Positions 8,506 to 17,914 of a stretch of 64,000 nt of DNA are shown in pieces; positions within the stretch are counted from its first letter, which is position 1, and every line of letters starts with the position of its first letter. A program made the position numbers and the translations under genes. The notes below the pieces were generated by a model. The model made no database searches. It saw only the letters and a program-made list of their open reading frames with translations, and had not been told where the DNA came from. This DNA comes from an uncultured Poribacteria bacterium (GTDB lineage: Bacteria; Poribacteria; WGA-4E; WGA-3G), in NCBI GenBank assembly GCA_958296135.2, contig CATQHZ020000001.1:4448001-4512000 (forward strand). Direction: 5' to 3'.

Positions 8506-10608
8506 TTATCTCCAAAAACTCAAATTCTCGCCCTTTGCCCACTCAATAAAGGCTTCAGCGATGCCATCAGGCAGTTCGCCATCGTGATTGTGCAAATCGT
8601 GCCCAACAATCAGATGGCCGTTTTTATCCAGTCTATAGTTCCCATCACTATCTTCAAGATAAGTGTAGTCACCAGAAGTGTCCTTCCCCCCTTTCTCACT
8701 CATAGCAAAAAAGATGGGATAGTCGTCCATTTTTGGGCAAAGCGGTCCTGCAGCGGAATCGTCGTTCCACTTTTGGACAAACAACACACTCGTTTTGGTG
8801 CCAGTGTGCGGTTTGAACGTATTGTTATTGAGTCCAACCACGGCCAAGATGCGAGCGTGTGCAGCGATAAAATCGCGGATATATTTGTCGGAAGTATTAT
8901 TGAACCTGCCTTGCGGCAGCACAATCGCCATGCGGCCGCCGGGTTTGAGAAAGTCCAGATTGCGCTCAATAAACAGAATGTCACGTCCGACTCTAGTTTG
9001 CACCTTCCCATTTCCCTTGAAACCGAGGCTGTATTGATGGAGAATGCGGCTCTCCTTGATGTCTCCGGCGAAAGGTGGATTCGCCATAAGGATATCAAAG
9101 TGAAACCGCCGGTTTTCGTCTTTCTCTGCCCGCAACGCTTTGAGTCTGTCAAACCCTCTGCTGTAGGTCATGATCCAGATTCGATCACGTTCGACCCGGT
9201 CGCTCCACCGCTCATAATCAAGCGTGTTGAGATGCAGAACGTTCGTTTCACCGTCGCCCGCGATTAAGTTAAGAGTTCTCGCAACTCGGACGGTCTTTTC
9301 GTCAAAATCAATGCCGAACACCTTAAGGACATGCTCCCTATCTTCCTGCGGGATTTCCGCATTGGTGAAAGTCCTGCCGGTAAGTTTGAAAAGGGTATGC
9401 ACGGGAAACCCGCAACTCCCGGCAGCCGTATCGATCATATATTCTCCGGGTTTCGGATTGAGCATCTTCACGCACATGTCAATGACATGTCGCGGCGTGA
9501 AGTATTGTCCCTTTTCGCCCTTCGCCGATTTGCTCACCAGATATTCAAACGCCTCGTCAACTACCTGCAGATTGGAGTTGAACAACTTGATATCCTGCAA
9601 ACTAGAGACGCAGACTGCCAAATGGCTGTCGGAGAGTTTAAACGCCGCAGTTTCCGGGAAAACGCCTGGCCACTGGTTTCGTGCGTCGTCGAAAAGTCGC
9701 TGCACTTTGGTTTTCAGCTCAGACGGAGTCTGCCCGGTGTTTCTGAACTCCATGCACCGAAAGTCGTCATCCAGAATCTCTTCAACGGCCTGCTTGAGAA
9801 CCTCATAATCTGAGCCGTTTGAGGCATAGGACTGCGGTGGTTCTTGTATTGCCGTTCTGATTTCCCGCCGCAGGGTGCGGTTGATAAACGTTTTGTCTTC
9901 TTGGCTCTTAAACTCATCGTAGAGTTTGGTAAAGATGAGCTTGAAGACTTCCTCGAAAACGTCCACGCCCGCGTTGGCGAGGACCTCATCTTCCAATTCC
10001 AAGATGATTTCTTTCAAGGATTTCCGTTCGGCGGCGAGTTTGTCCTTAAGAATCAGGTCTTTCAGTGTCCAGCGTTCGTTCAGGATATCCGAAAGAGTTT
10101 GATTCGCAGTAGGAATATCGGTGATGTCCTCAAAGTAATTCGGCTCTCTGCGGTGGTAGTGCGAAATCTGTTGTCCGTTTGTCCACACACCGATGGGCGC
10201 GCCGGTGGCGTTGCAGTAGGAACGGAGTTGCGCCTTGCCATCCTGCAACTTCGGCTTCTTTACCTCAACGATGATATAGGGTGTATCCAGCCGGTCCTTG
10301 TCAACGACAACAATATCGGCACGTTTCCGTTCCCGACCGAAACTGACAGAAGATTCAAAGGCTAACCGCGTTCTGGGATAGCCGTATTTCTCGAGCAGCC
10401 GAGCCGCGTAGAGCTGGCGAATCAGTTCTTCGGGTTTCAACTGAACCACCTTATTCCGAACGGCGCAGTTAATGCAATGCGTCTCCTTACCCTTCACCGT
10501 TCCGGTCCAGACTCTTTTGTGCAAATCCCGAATCTCGGTTTCCGTGAAAAGGTCAAGATGGTAATCGCTGTCCCTCAGTATGTCTCGGATGATGTCTTTC
10601 GCTATCAT
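8506..10608 (-). CDS. Fused endonuclease (HSDR_N-like PD-(D/E)XK)-N6 adenine methyltransferase, copy 1
   Basis: PEELIRQ...RADIV...IVEVK...Q nuclease motifs; GQYFTPR, IDTAAGSCGF (motif I), ANPPF (motif IV). ORF open to 10644; ATG 10608 aligns with the paralog. Confidence 0.9.
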   Translation of the reverse strand: MIAKDIIRDILRDSDYHLDLFTETEIRDLHKRVWTGTVKGKETHCINCAVRNKVVQLKPEELIRQLYAARLLEKYGYPRTRLAFESSVSFGRERKRADIVVVDKDRLDTPYIIVEVKKPKLQDGKAQLRSYCNATGAPIGVWTNGQQISHYHRREPNYFEDITDIPTANQTLSDILNERWTLKDLILKDKLAAERKSLKEIILELEDEVLANAGVDVFEEVFKLIFTKLYDEFKSQEDKTFINRTLRREIRTAIQEPPQSYASNGSDYEVLKQAVEEILDDDFRCMEFRNTGQTPSELKTKVQRLFDDARNQWPGVFPETAAFKLSDSHLAVCVSSLQDIKLFNSNLQVVDEAFEYLVSKSAKGEKGQYFTPRHVIDMCVKMLNPKPGEYMIDTAAGSCGFPVHTLFKLTGRTFTNAEIPQEDREHVLKVFGIDFDEKTVRVARTLNLIAGDGETNVLHLNTLDYERWSDRVERDRIWIMTYSRGFDRLKALRAEKDENRRFHFDILMANPPFAGDIKESRILHQYSLGFKGNGKVQTRVGRDILFIERNLDFLKPGGRMAIVLPQGRFNNTSDKYIRDFIAAHARILAVVGLNNNTFKPHTGTKTSVLFVQKWNDDSAAGPLCPKMDDYPIFFAMSEKGGKDTSGDYTYLEDSDGNYRLDKNGHLIVGHDLHNHDGELPDGIAEAFIEWAKGENLSFWR

Positions 10609-10717
10609 AGTTATTCGGATGTCCCCTTTTGTTGAATCATGCACCGCAGTTGGGTCCGAGTGCTGCCTTTTCGCTGCGGCCGTTCACGAACCCGCACAAT
10701 TGAAAATGTCTCAATAT

Positions 10718-10819
10718 AGGATACCACAAAAATCCCAAAATGGCAAACAAAAAATGTGCGCGTAGCATTTTGTGGAAGAACAAGAAAAATTATACCACCC
10801 CAAAAAATCCTTTTGTCAA
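10718..10819 (-). promoter_or_regulatory. Two promoter-like elements upstream of RM copy 1
   Basis: TTGCCA-17-TATCCT (10746-10718) and TTGACA-19-TATAAT (10819-10789). Confidence 0.55.
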
Positions 10820-10838
10820 CCCCTAAAAACGCGGCTTT

Positions 10839-13631
10839 TTAATCTTCAAGCACCATCGCGATTTCCACTGCCTGCTTACCATGCAGCCGCAACGCTTTGG
10901 ATTCCCGCAGCAAGTCAAAAGATGCTGTGACACTTTGTTTGATGCGTGCCTGCTCCGCTGGAGAGAGCAGCGGAATCGGGAAATCCAGAATGTCATCATC
11001 GTCCAAGGTGGGATAGGAGGTGCCGGTGCTCGGCTTCAAGGACCAGGTAAGAAAAACGTCTGTGCATAAACACGACAACAACGTTTCTTTGTTAACCCGT
11101 CCCTTTTCTCGCAGGACACAAAACGCGCCGCTTCCCACGTATCCATCTTCCTGGACAATGGTAATCGCGCCTCGGTAGGTTCGGACTTTAGAGACGATGA
11201 TGTCCCCCTTTTTCAAAACGCGCTTTGCATTCGCTGGCAAATCTTTGCCCAACAGCTCCTCAGCGGTGATATCCCCTGTCACCGTATTGACGCTCCCGAT
11301 TTCTACGTAGCGATACACTTTCTCCGGTTCAATTTTGAAGGTGCTTTTGTTGTGCTCAAATTCGTCGCGAATGCGGGTATACCCATGCGGATATCGCTTA
11401 ATCGCCGCTTCAATGCGCTCGTATTTCGGTTGGAAATAATCGGCATCAATGCGCGATTCGCACTGGACATCAGCGTAACCCTTCTCAAACGTGAGAGCGG
11501 CGAGGGGAACCCAATCAGTCAAATCATCTGACTGCCAAAAAGAGAGGTTCTCCCGCTTCGCCCACGCAACGAAAGATTCTGCAATGCCATCGGGCAGTTC
11601 CCCGTCGTGATTGTGTAAATCATGTGCAACAGTGAGATGCCCATGTTTGTCCAACTTGCAGTCCCCGTTACCGTTTTTCAGGTAAATATAGCTGCCTGAG
11701 GTATCCTTGCCGCCTTTTTCGCTCACGGCAAAGAAAATCGGATAGTTATCCGCCTTTGGGCAAAGTGGGCCCTGACCCGGGTCATCGTTCCACTTTTGAA
11801 CGAATAAGACACTCGTTTTGGGACTGGTGTGCGGTTTGAACGTGTTCTCATGCAAACTGACGACAGCCAAAATGCGCGCCTGTTCCATGATAAACTCGCG
11901 GATATGTTGGTGCTTAGGGGCACTGAATTTCCCTTGGGGGAGCACAATCGCCATGCGCCCACCGGGTTTGAGGAAATCGAGATTCCGCTCAATAAACAGC
12001 ACATCGCGCCCGACTTTGGTTTGCATTCTGCCGTTTGGCTTAAAACCGAGGCGATACCGTTGCAAGATGCGGCGTTCCTTAATGTCCCCAGCGAAAGGGG
12101 GATTGGCCATGAGCATATCAAAGTGAAACCGCTGGTTTTCCCCAAACTCGGCTCTGAAGCCTTCCAGACGCTTGAACCCACCACTATACGTGATAATCCA
12201 CTGCTTATCGCGTTCTGTCCAGTCATCCCACCGTTCATAGTCTAGTGTGTTCAGATGCAGCACATTCGCCTCACCATCGCCAGCAATCAGGTTGAGCGTT
12301 CGCGCAACTCGCACCGTCTTCTCGTCAAAGTCAATGCCAAACACCTCACGGATATGCCGCTTGGCCGCTGCAGCAATGTCGCCCGCGGTAAACAAGTTGC
12401 CGGTGAGTTTGAAAATCGTATGCACCGGAAACCCACAACTCCCGGCAGCCGTATCAATCATGGACTCACCGGGTTGCGGGTTCAGCATTTTCACGCACAT
12501 GTCAATGACATGTCGCGGCGTGAAATACTGTCCCTTTTCACCCTTCGCCGATTTGCTCACCAGATATTCAAACGCCTCGTCAACTACCTGCAGATTGGAG
12601 TTGAACATCTTTATGTCTTGCAAACTGGCAACGCAGACTGCCAAATGGCTGTCCGACAACTCAAACGTTGAACCTTCTGGAAAAACGCCTTTCCAGTGGT
12701 TTTTCGCGTCATCAAAAAGGCGTTGGATTTTGGCTTTCAGTGCCGCATCCGTTTGCCCGGTGTTTCTGAACTCCATGACGCGAAAGGCATCGTCCGGAAC
12801 CTCCTCAATCGCTGCCTTAACAGCCTCAGCCTCCGAAACATCAAGAGCGTTAGGGCTGCTCTGTCCCTGTGTAGCCGTCCTCATGTTCTGCCGCAGGAGG
12901 CGATCGATGAACGTTTTGTCTTCTTGACTCTTAAACTCATCGTAGAGCTTGGCAAAGATGAGTTTGAAGACTTCCTCAAAGACATCCACGCCCGCATTGG
13001 AGAGAACCTCGTCTTCTAGTTCCAAGACGATGTCCTTCAAGGATTTCCGCTCAATGGAAAGTTTATCCTTGAGGATGAGGTTTTTGAGGGTGAAACGTTC
13101 ACTTAGGATATCCGAAAGCATCTGGTGAACGTTCGGAATCTCGGTAATCTCCTCAAAGTAATTCGGCTCTCTGCGGTAGTAGTGGGAGATGTACTGTCCA
13201 TTCGTCCACACTCCGATAGGCGCGCCGGTGGCATTGCAATAGGAACGAAGCTGCGTCTTGCCCTCTAAGAGTTTCGGCTTTTTCACCTCAATGATGATAT
13301 AGGGGGTATCCGGCCGGTCTTTGTCAACGATGACGATATCGGCGCGCTTCGTCTCCCGGCCAAAACTCACCGGGTATTCCAGAGCTAACCGGTCTGGGGT
13401 GTAACCGTACTGGGTCACGAGCCGTGACACGTAAAGTTGGCGGATAAACTCTTCCGGCTTGAGTTGGATCCCCCTATTCCGGACAGCGCACGTGACGAAC
13501 GCAATCTGCTTGCCTCTGACCGTTTGCGTAAAGATTCTTTCGCGCAACACCTCAATCTCGGCTTCCGAGAAGAGGTCCAAGTGATAACTGCTATCTTTCA
13601 GAATGCGTCGGATGATGTCGGTTTGCAACAT
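10839..13631 (-). CDS. Fused endonuclease-N6 methyltransferase-single TRD protein, copy 2
   Basis: Highly similar to copy 1 over ~700 aa, followed by a C-terminal region resembling the second half of HsdS (RIDADYFQP...GDIIVSKVR...TGTSYP). Alternative GTG start at 13664. Confidence 0.9.
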   Translation of the reverse strand: MLQTDIIRRILKDSSYHLDLFSEAEIEVLRERIFTQTVRGKQIAFVTCAVRNRGIQLKPEEFIRQLYVSRLVTQYGYTPDRLALEYPVSFGRETKRADIVIVDKDRPDTPYIIIEVKKPKLLEGKTQLRSYCNATGAPIGVWTNGQYISHYYRREPNYFEEITEIPNVHQMLSDILSERFTLKNLILKDKLSIERKSLKDIVLELEDEVLSNAGVDVFEEVFKLIFAKLYDEFKSQEDKTFIDRLLRQNMRTATQGQSSPNALDVSEAEAVKAAIEEVPDDAFRVMEFRNTGQTDAALKAKIQRLFDDAKNHWKGVFPEGSTFELSDSHLAVCVASLQDIKMFNSNLQVVDEAFEYLVSKSAKGEKGQYFTPRHVIDMCVKMLNPQPGESMIDTAAGSCGFPVHTIFKLTGNLFTAGDIAAAAKRHIREVFGIDFDEKTVRVARTLNLIAGDGEANVLHLNTLDYERWDDWTERDKQWIITYSGGFKRLEGFRAEFGENQRFHFDMLMANPPFAGDIKERRILQRYRLGFKPNGRMQTKVGRDVLFIERNLDFLKPGGRMAIVLPQGKFSAPKHQHIREFIMEQARILAVVSLHENTFKPHTSPKTSVLFVQKWNDDPGQGPLCPKADNYPIFFAVSEKGGKDTSGSYIYLKNGNGDCKLDKHGHLTVAHDLHNHDGELPDGIAESFVAWAKRENLSFWQSDDLTDWVPLAALTFEKGYADVQCESRIDADYFQPKYERIEAAIKRYPHGYTRIRDEFEHNKSTFKIEPEKVYRYVEIGSVNTVTGDITAEELLGKDLPANAKRVLKKGDIIVSKVRTYRGAITIVQEDGYVGSGAFCVLREKGRVNKETLLSCLCTDVFLTWSLKPSTGTSYPTLDDDDILDFPIPLLSPAEQARIKQSVTASFDLLRESKALRLHGKQAVEIAMVLED

Positions 13632-13675
13632 AACGAGGTTCTCCCGCTCTGTGATTTTTGACACAGAACAATAAG

Positions 13676-13704
13676 ATTATACCACCCAAAAATCCTTTTG
13701 TCAA
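13676..13704 (-). promoter_or_regulatory. Consensus sigma70 promoter of RM copy 2
   Basis: TTGACA-17nt-TATAAT, part of a ~45-bp direct repeat also present at 10789-10835. Confidence 0.75.
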
Positions 13705-13743
13705 CCCTAAAAACGCGGCGGCTCTCGCAAGACCATTTAGTTG

Positions 13744-13915
13744 TACCGTATCTGTAGTTCAAGCTCGCAACCCTCTGCATGCATGCCGAGAGGGTTCCGA
13801 TGTGAGTGACATCCGGAGCCCGAGCAGGTAAGGAGCAGGCGGTACTTACCTACAGGGTGGGCAAGGCAGTCTGCTGACGCAGGGCGATGCAGACACGCTT
13901 TCTGTAAGTGTAACC
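13744..13915. ncRNA. Candidate structured RNA of unknown family
   Basis: Nested stems GTACCG/CGGTAC, GCTCG/CGAGC, AACCCTCT/AGAGGGTT, GATGT/ACATC, plus TACAG/CTGTA and GTCTGC/GCAGAC. Confidence 0.3.
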
Positions 13916-14163
13916 GCACGCACATTTTGAAGAGACGTGCCCGTGATGCATTTTCACAAGTGACATCAAAAACGGAAAAACTAAATCGCTCCACGCTTTT
14001 TGAAAATAGTGTTGACATCCGAAAGACGTTGTGGTATTATTCACATAACTTGCTATTGTGTGTGAAAGGTATTTTTCATCACGCCATGATTGTTCCTCAG
14101 TTCGTAGGGCGAGGGGGAGTTATTGGTACGGGATGCGAACGATTTTTGGCTGGATTGGCAGAA

Positions 14164-14288
14164 CGCGAGGGACAGTGGACATCTCTGCAGCGAGGCTGCA
14201 GAGATGACAACGTTAAAGGTAGCGTGCTTACGCGGGGCGACACACGCACGTTTTCTGTAGGCGTGACCGTGACGGCCCTCGCGCTACG
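14164..14288 (-). repeat. GTAG-type REP carrying an extended CATCTCTGCAG palindromic insert
   Basis: Reverse complement reads GTAGCGCGAGGGCC[~100 nt insert]TGTCCCTCGCG. Confidence 0.7.
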
Positions 14289-14388
14289 GCCCCCCGGGGG
14301 TAGTTATCCAAGAGAAACAATTTCCTTGACTTCGCAGCGGAGATATGTTAACCTATCCTTCAGAAATCATCAGTGAAAGGTGCAGTGA

Positions 14389-15429
14389 ATGGAACAATGG
14401 ATTGAACAATGGATTACTGGGTTAGCCAACCCATTCCTTTTCCTTATCATCGTCGTGACGCTTTACACGCTAGGGAAAGGCGCGGATTGGCTGGTTGATG
14501 AAGCGGTGGTGCTCTCAACGCGATGGGGCATGGGGAAGGCAGTCATCGGCGCGACGATTGTGAGTATCGGCACGACGACACCCGAGGCCGCCGTCTCCGT
14601 GCTATCAGCAATTCAGGGAAAGCCGGGGCTCGCCCTCGGCAATGCAGTGGGCTCGATTATTTGTGATACGGGACTCATCCTCGGACTCGCATCGCTCATC
14701 GCGCCGTTGCAATTCAATAGACAACTGGCTTCAAAACTATCGAACGTGCAGGTAGGCGCAGGGATTCTTTTAGTAGTAGGATGTTTCCCGTGGACATCAC
14801 CGGCGAAAGTTTTTAGTCAAGGCGGAACGCTACCGCAACTGATAGGCTTCGGCTTTATCGTTTTGCTAGGGCTCTACATCTGGCAGTCCATCCGATGGGC
14901 GGCTTCAATAACCGAGGATGGCAGCGAGAAGAGTGATGAATCAGGTGAGGCATCCGCGAATTCGTTCGCCATCCTCGCGAAACTGATTGGCTCAATTGCG
15001 ATTATCGTCATCTCTGCGCAAATTTTGATCCCGAGTGTGAGCGTCATTGCGCAAAGAATTGGGGTGCCGAAGCATATCATTTCGGCGACGCTGGTGGCGT
15101 TCGGCACATCCCTACCGGAACTCGTCACGGCAATTACGGCGGTGCGGCGCGGACACGGCGAATTGGCTGTCGGAAACATCATCGGCGCGGATATCCTGAA
15201 CGTTCTCTTTGTCGCTGGTGTCTCCGCAGCAGCAACGCCGGGTGGTTTGCAGGCAGATGGGCAATTTTTCCAATTCCTATTTCCCGCGATGCTGTTCATT
15301 CTCATCGTCTTCCGGTGCGGAATCTTCGTCTCAGGGAATCAGTTGAAACGTCCGTTTGGGGTAGTGCTCGTTGGAACGTGGTTAGTCGTTACGATTCTGA
15401 GTTATATTTTCTCAATAGAGATGCATTAG
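14389..15429 (+). CDS. Calcium/sodium (cation:Ca) antiporter, YrbG family
   Basis: Two alpha repeats GTTTPE / GTSLPE, GNAVGS / GNIIGA; many transmembrane segments. Confidence 0.9.
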   Translation: MEQWIEQWITGLANPFLFLIIVVTLYTLGKGADWLVDEAVVLSTRWGMGKAVIGATIVSIGTTTPEAAVSVLSAIQGKPGLALGNAVGSIICDTGLILGLASLIAPLQFNRQLASKLSNVQVGAGILLVVGCFPWTSPAKVFSQGGTLPQLIGFGFIVLLGLYIWQSIRWAASITEDGSEKSDESGEASANSFAILAKLIGSIAIIVISAQILIPSVSVIAQRIGVPKHIISATLVAFGTSLPELVTAITAVRRGHGELAVGNIIGADILNVLFVAGVSAAATPGGLQADGQFFQFLFPAMLFILIVFRCGIFVSGNQLKRPFGVVLVGTWLVVTILSYIFSIEMH

Positions 15430-15486
15430 CGCAGTCCTTTACCGTAGGGCGAGGGAACTGTCCCTCGTCAGTCGGAGGAATAAAAA

Positions 15487-16671
15487 ATGGATAAGAATCA
15501 AACACCGGCAGCGGAGACGCAGTATTATCGCGCAACCGCTTTTGCTGATGCAAAGCCGGAACATGCAGCTCCCGGTGCTACGCCTGAACGGCTGGCACAC
15601 TTGGAGGAGCACGGGTTTGTCATCATCAACGATTTTGTTGATAATCCTTGGATTCCGATTCTCCGAGAGGCGGGCCGGCGGGTAACCGAGGCGTGCGCGC
15701 CAGAGAACGGTTATAGCCAAATCAATTGCTCGAAAGGTTACGTCCACCGCACGGGCGGCGATGAACCGTGGGCAATTCGGGGGCTCATCCATCCAGCGTT
15801 CAACGAACCGTGTTTCGCTGAATTCCACGGAGCTCCCGATTTCCTTAACTTCGTCAGTTCGTGGTGCCATGGACTCCAGCCGGAAGAACTCTCGCTGAGC
15901 GGTATCCTGCTGTGGTGCAATCCGCGGCATCGCGAGAATAAACTGGGGTGGCACCGAGACGTGACGTGGTGGGGCACCGGGAAGAGTTATTTCGCACAGC
16001 GGGAAGTCCGCGGCGAAGGACCCGAGGCATATTCCGAGGAGACCGAACGCATCCGCTGGAAGGAAATCCGGGAGAAAAACGCGAAAGCCATCACGGAACG
16101 CAACGGCGTGAGCATGTTCTTGGCACTGACTGATGACGAATGTCATGAACTCGTGCCGGGGAGCCATCACCGATGGCGGACCCCGTTTGAGCACGATGTG
16201 CTACTGCCGCAATCCATGAAAGACCAGGGGGTGCCGTATACACCGAGCTGGAACGGCGAAGACCCGCTGCCGGGCCAGGTCGCGATTCGACTCAAGGCGG
16301 GCGAGGCACTCATCCGCAACGGCACGACTATCCATACAGGGCACACCGTGCCAAACCGGGAACGGAACACGCTGTCTATCGGCTGGTCCAAGTGGAAAGG
16401 CGAACCGACTGACAAACCGTCTGTCGCCGATGTGCGGCACGCTTGGCAGCTCGACCCGGCCGTGCGGGAAGCACTCCCTTATGACTGGATGAAGACAGCG
16501 TGGGACCGGTGGGCGGCAACACAGAAACTCGGCGATACGCTGGAAGACCGGTATACCGGGTTTGATATCAAGCACATCAAGGCGGGACAGGTGCTTGGTT
16601 GGAGCGGTGAGTTGGAGCGGCAAGCTGCCGCCGATGGAGAATCGTGGGAGGCATTCCAAACGGCGGTGTGA
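15487..16671 (+). CDS. PhyH family dioxygenase (extended)
   Basis: LEEHGFV, WHRD, LVPGSH, LKAGEAL...IHTG. Confidence 0.8.
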   Translation: MDKNQTPAAETQYYRATAFADAKPEHAAPGATPERLAHLEEHGFVIINDFVDNPWIPILREAGRRVTEACAPENGYSQINCSKGYVHRTGGDEPWAIRGLIHPAFNEPCFAEFHGAPDFLNFVSSWCHGLQPEELSLSGILLWCNPRHRENKLGWHRDVTWWGTGKSYFAQREVRGEGPEAYSEETERIRWKEIREKNAKAITERNGVSMFLALTDDECHELVPGSHHRWRTPFEHDVLLPQSMKDQGVPYTPSWNGEDPLPGQVAIRLKAGEALIRNGTTIHTGHTVPNRERNTLSIGWSKWKGEPTDKPSVADVRHAWQLDPAVREALPYDWMKTAWDRWAATQKLGDTLEDRYTGFDIKHIKAGQVLGWSGELERQAAADGESWEAFQTAV

Positions 16672-16767
16672 ATCAGCCAACCATCCGATAACTCGTAGCG
16701 CGAGGGCCTGGCCCTCGCAAACTCCATATCGAAACGACAAATGTCCAAGGCGAGGGGGTGTTCTTGG

Positions 16768-17754
16768 TTAGAACGGTTCGGGAACTAACCGCACGAACGG
16801 CAACGACACCCTATCCAACTCTTCCCGTATCGCCGCGTCAAGTTCCCAACCGACACCGCCGAGGGTATCGTCAAGCTGCGCGATAGTATCGCTGCCGCTG
16901 ATGGCGACGGTGACTTCGGGGTGCGACAACACCCACGCCACGGCGAGTTGCGCCGGCGTTTTACCTAGCTCGCCAGCGAGCCGCTTCAACGTCGCGATGA
17001 CTTGTCCGGTCGCGCCGCTCATCCGCCGGTCAAATTCGTCGCGGTAGCGTGTCGCCCACAATGTGCCCTCCGGCGGCAGTTCACCGGGCGAATAGACACC
17101 GCTCAGTAAACCGACTGCGAGCGGACTATAAGCCATCACGCCTAACCCCTCCTCCTGCACCAAGCCGAACATGTTGCTCTCCAAATCACGATTCAGCAGG
17201 TTATACATATTTTGAACGCACATATAGGGCGTAGCGTGGATCCTGTCGGAAATCCAGAGTGCCTTGCAGACCTGCCACGCTTGATGGTTGCAGCACCCGA
17301 TGTAGCGAACCTTGCCTGAACGCACCAGATCATCGAGCGCACGGATAGTCTCCTCCTGCGGTGTCCCGACATCAAACGCGTGGATGAGGTAAACGTCGAT
17401 ATAGTCGGTCTTGAGACGCGACAGGGAACGTTCAACCTCACGCATAATGTGGTAACGTGATAACCCGGAGTCATTCGGGCCAGGGCCGATGTTGCTGAAA
17501 ACTTTGGAGGTAATCACCACATCATCCCGTTTGCCTCGGATGGCTTTGCCGAGGATGACTTCTGAACGTCCGATGTTGGCTCTGTCGTCCATAGGGCCGT
17601 AAATATTGGCACAATCAATGAGGTTGATACCGGCATCAATGGCGTGCTCAATGACGCGCTGCGCAGCGCGTTCATCGCCTTGTCCTCTAAAACCCAATCC
17701 TAATGCGAGTGGACTCACTTTGAGTCCCGCTTTTCCGAAATTGATGTAGTTCAT
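16768..17754 (-). CDS. Aldo/keto reductase
   Basis: GLKVSPLALG, IDCANIYG, SLSRLKTDYIDVYLIH, GKVRYIG, AYSPLAVGLL. Confidence 0.92.
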   Translation of the reverse strand: MNYINFGKAGLKVSPLALGLGFRGQGDERAAQRVIEHAIDAGINLIDCANIYGPMDDRANIGRSEVILGKAIRGKRDDVVITSKVFSNIGPGPNDSGLSRYHIMREVERSLSRLKTDYIDVYLIHAFDVGTPQEETIRALDDLVRSGKVRYIGCCNHQAWQVCKALWISDRIHATPYMCVQNMYNLLNRDLESNMFGLVQEEGLGVMAYSPLAVGLLSGVYSPGELPPEGTLWATRYRDEFDRRMSGATGQVIATLKRLAGELGKTPAQLAVAWVLSHPEVTVAISGSDTIAQLDDTLGGVGWELDAAIREELDRVSLPFVRLVPEPF

Positions 17755-17914
17755 GATACTGTTCCTATTGCTTTATCCAAACGATTTCGTTTTCAAATTT
17801 TTGCGGTTGTTCATAGGGCAAACTCGCCGGATTTTGACCCGGGTGAACAGGCCATCGCCCTATCAGAACAGAACCGATTGGGCTCAGGCGAGCCCAATCT
17901 ACGTCACCGGCCGC

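Noticed and set aside
6441-13664. Classical Type I hsdRMS or an invertible hsdS shufflon
   Set aside because: No SF2 helicase HsdR, no recombinase and no inverted TRD copies in the window.
13744-13915. Assignment as SRP RNA, 6S RNA, retron msr/msd or a known riboswitch
   Set aside because: Only superficial motif similarity: no CAGG-GNRA-AGCA helix 8, no long 6S-type rod, and no reverse transcriptase nearby.
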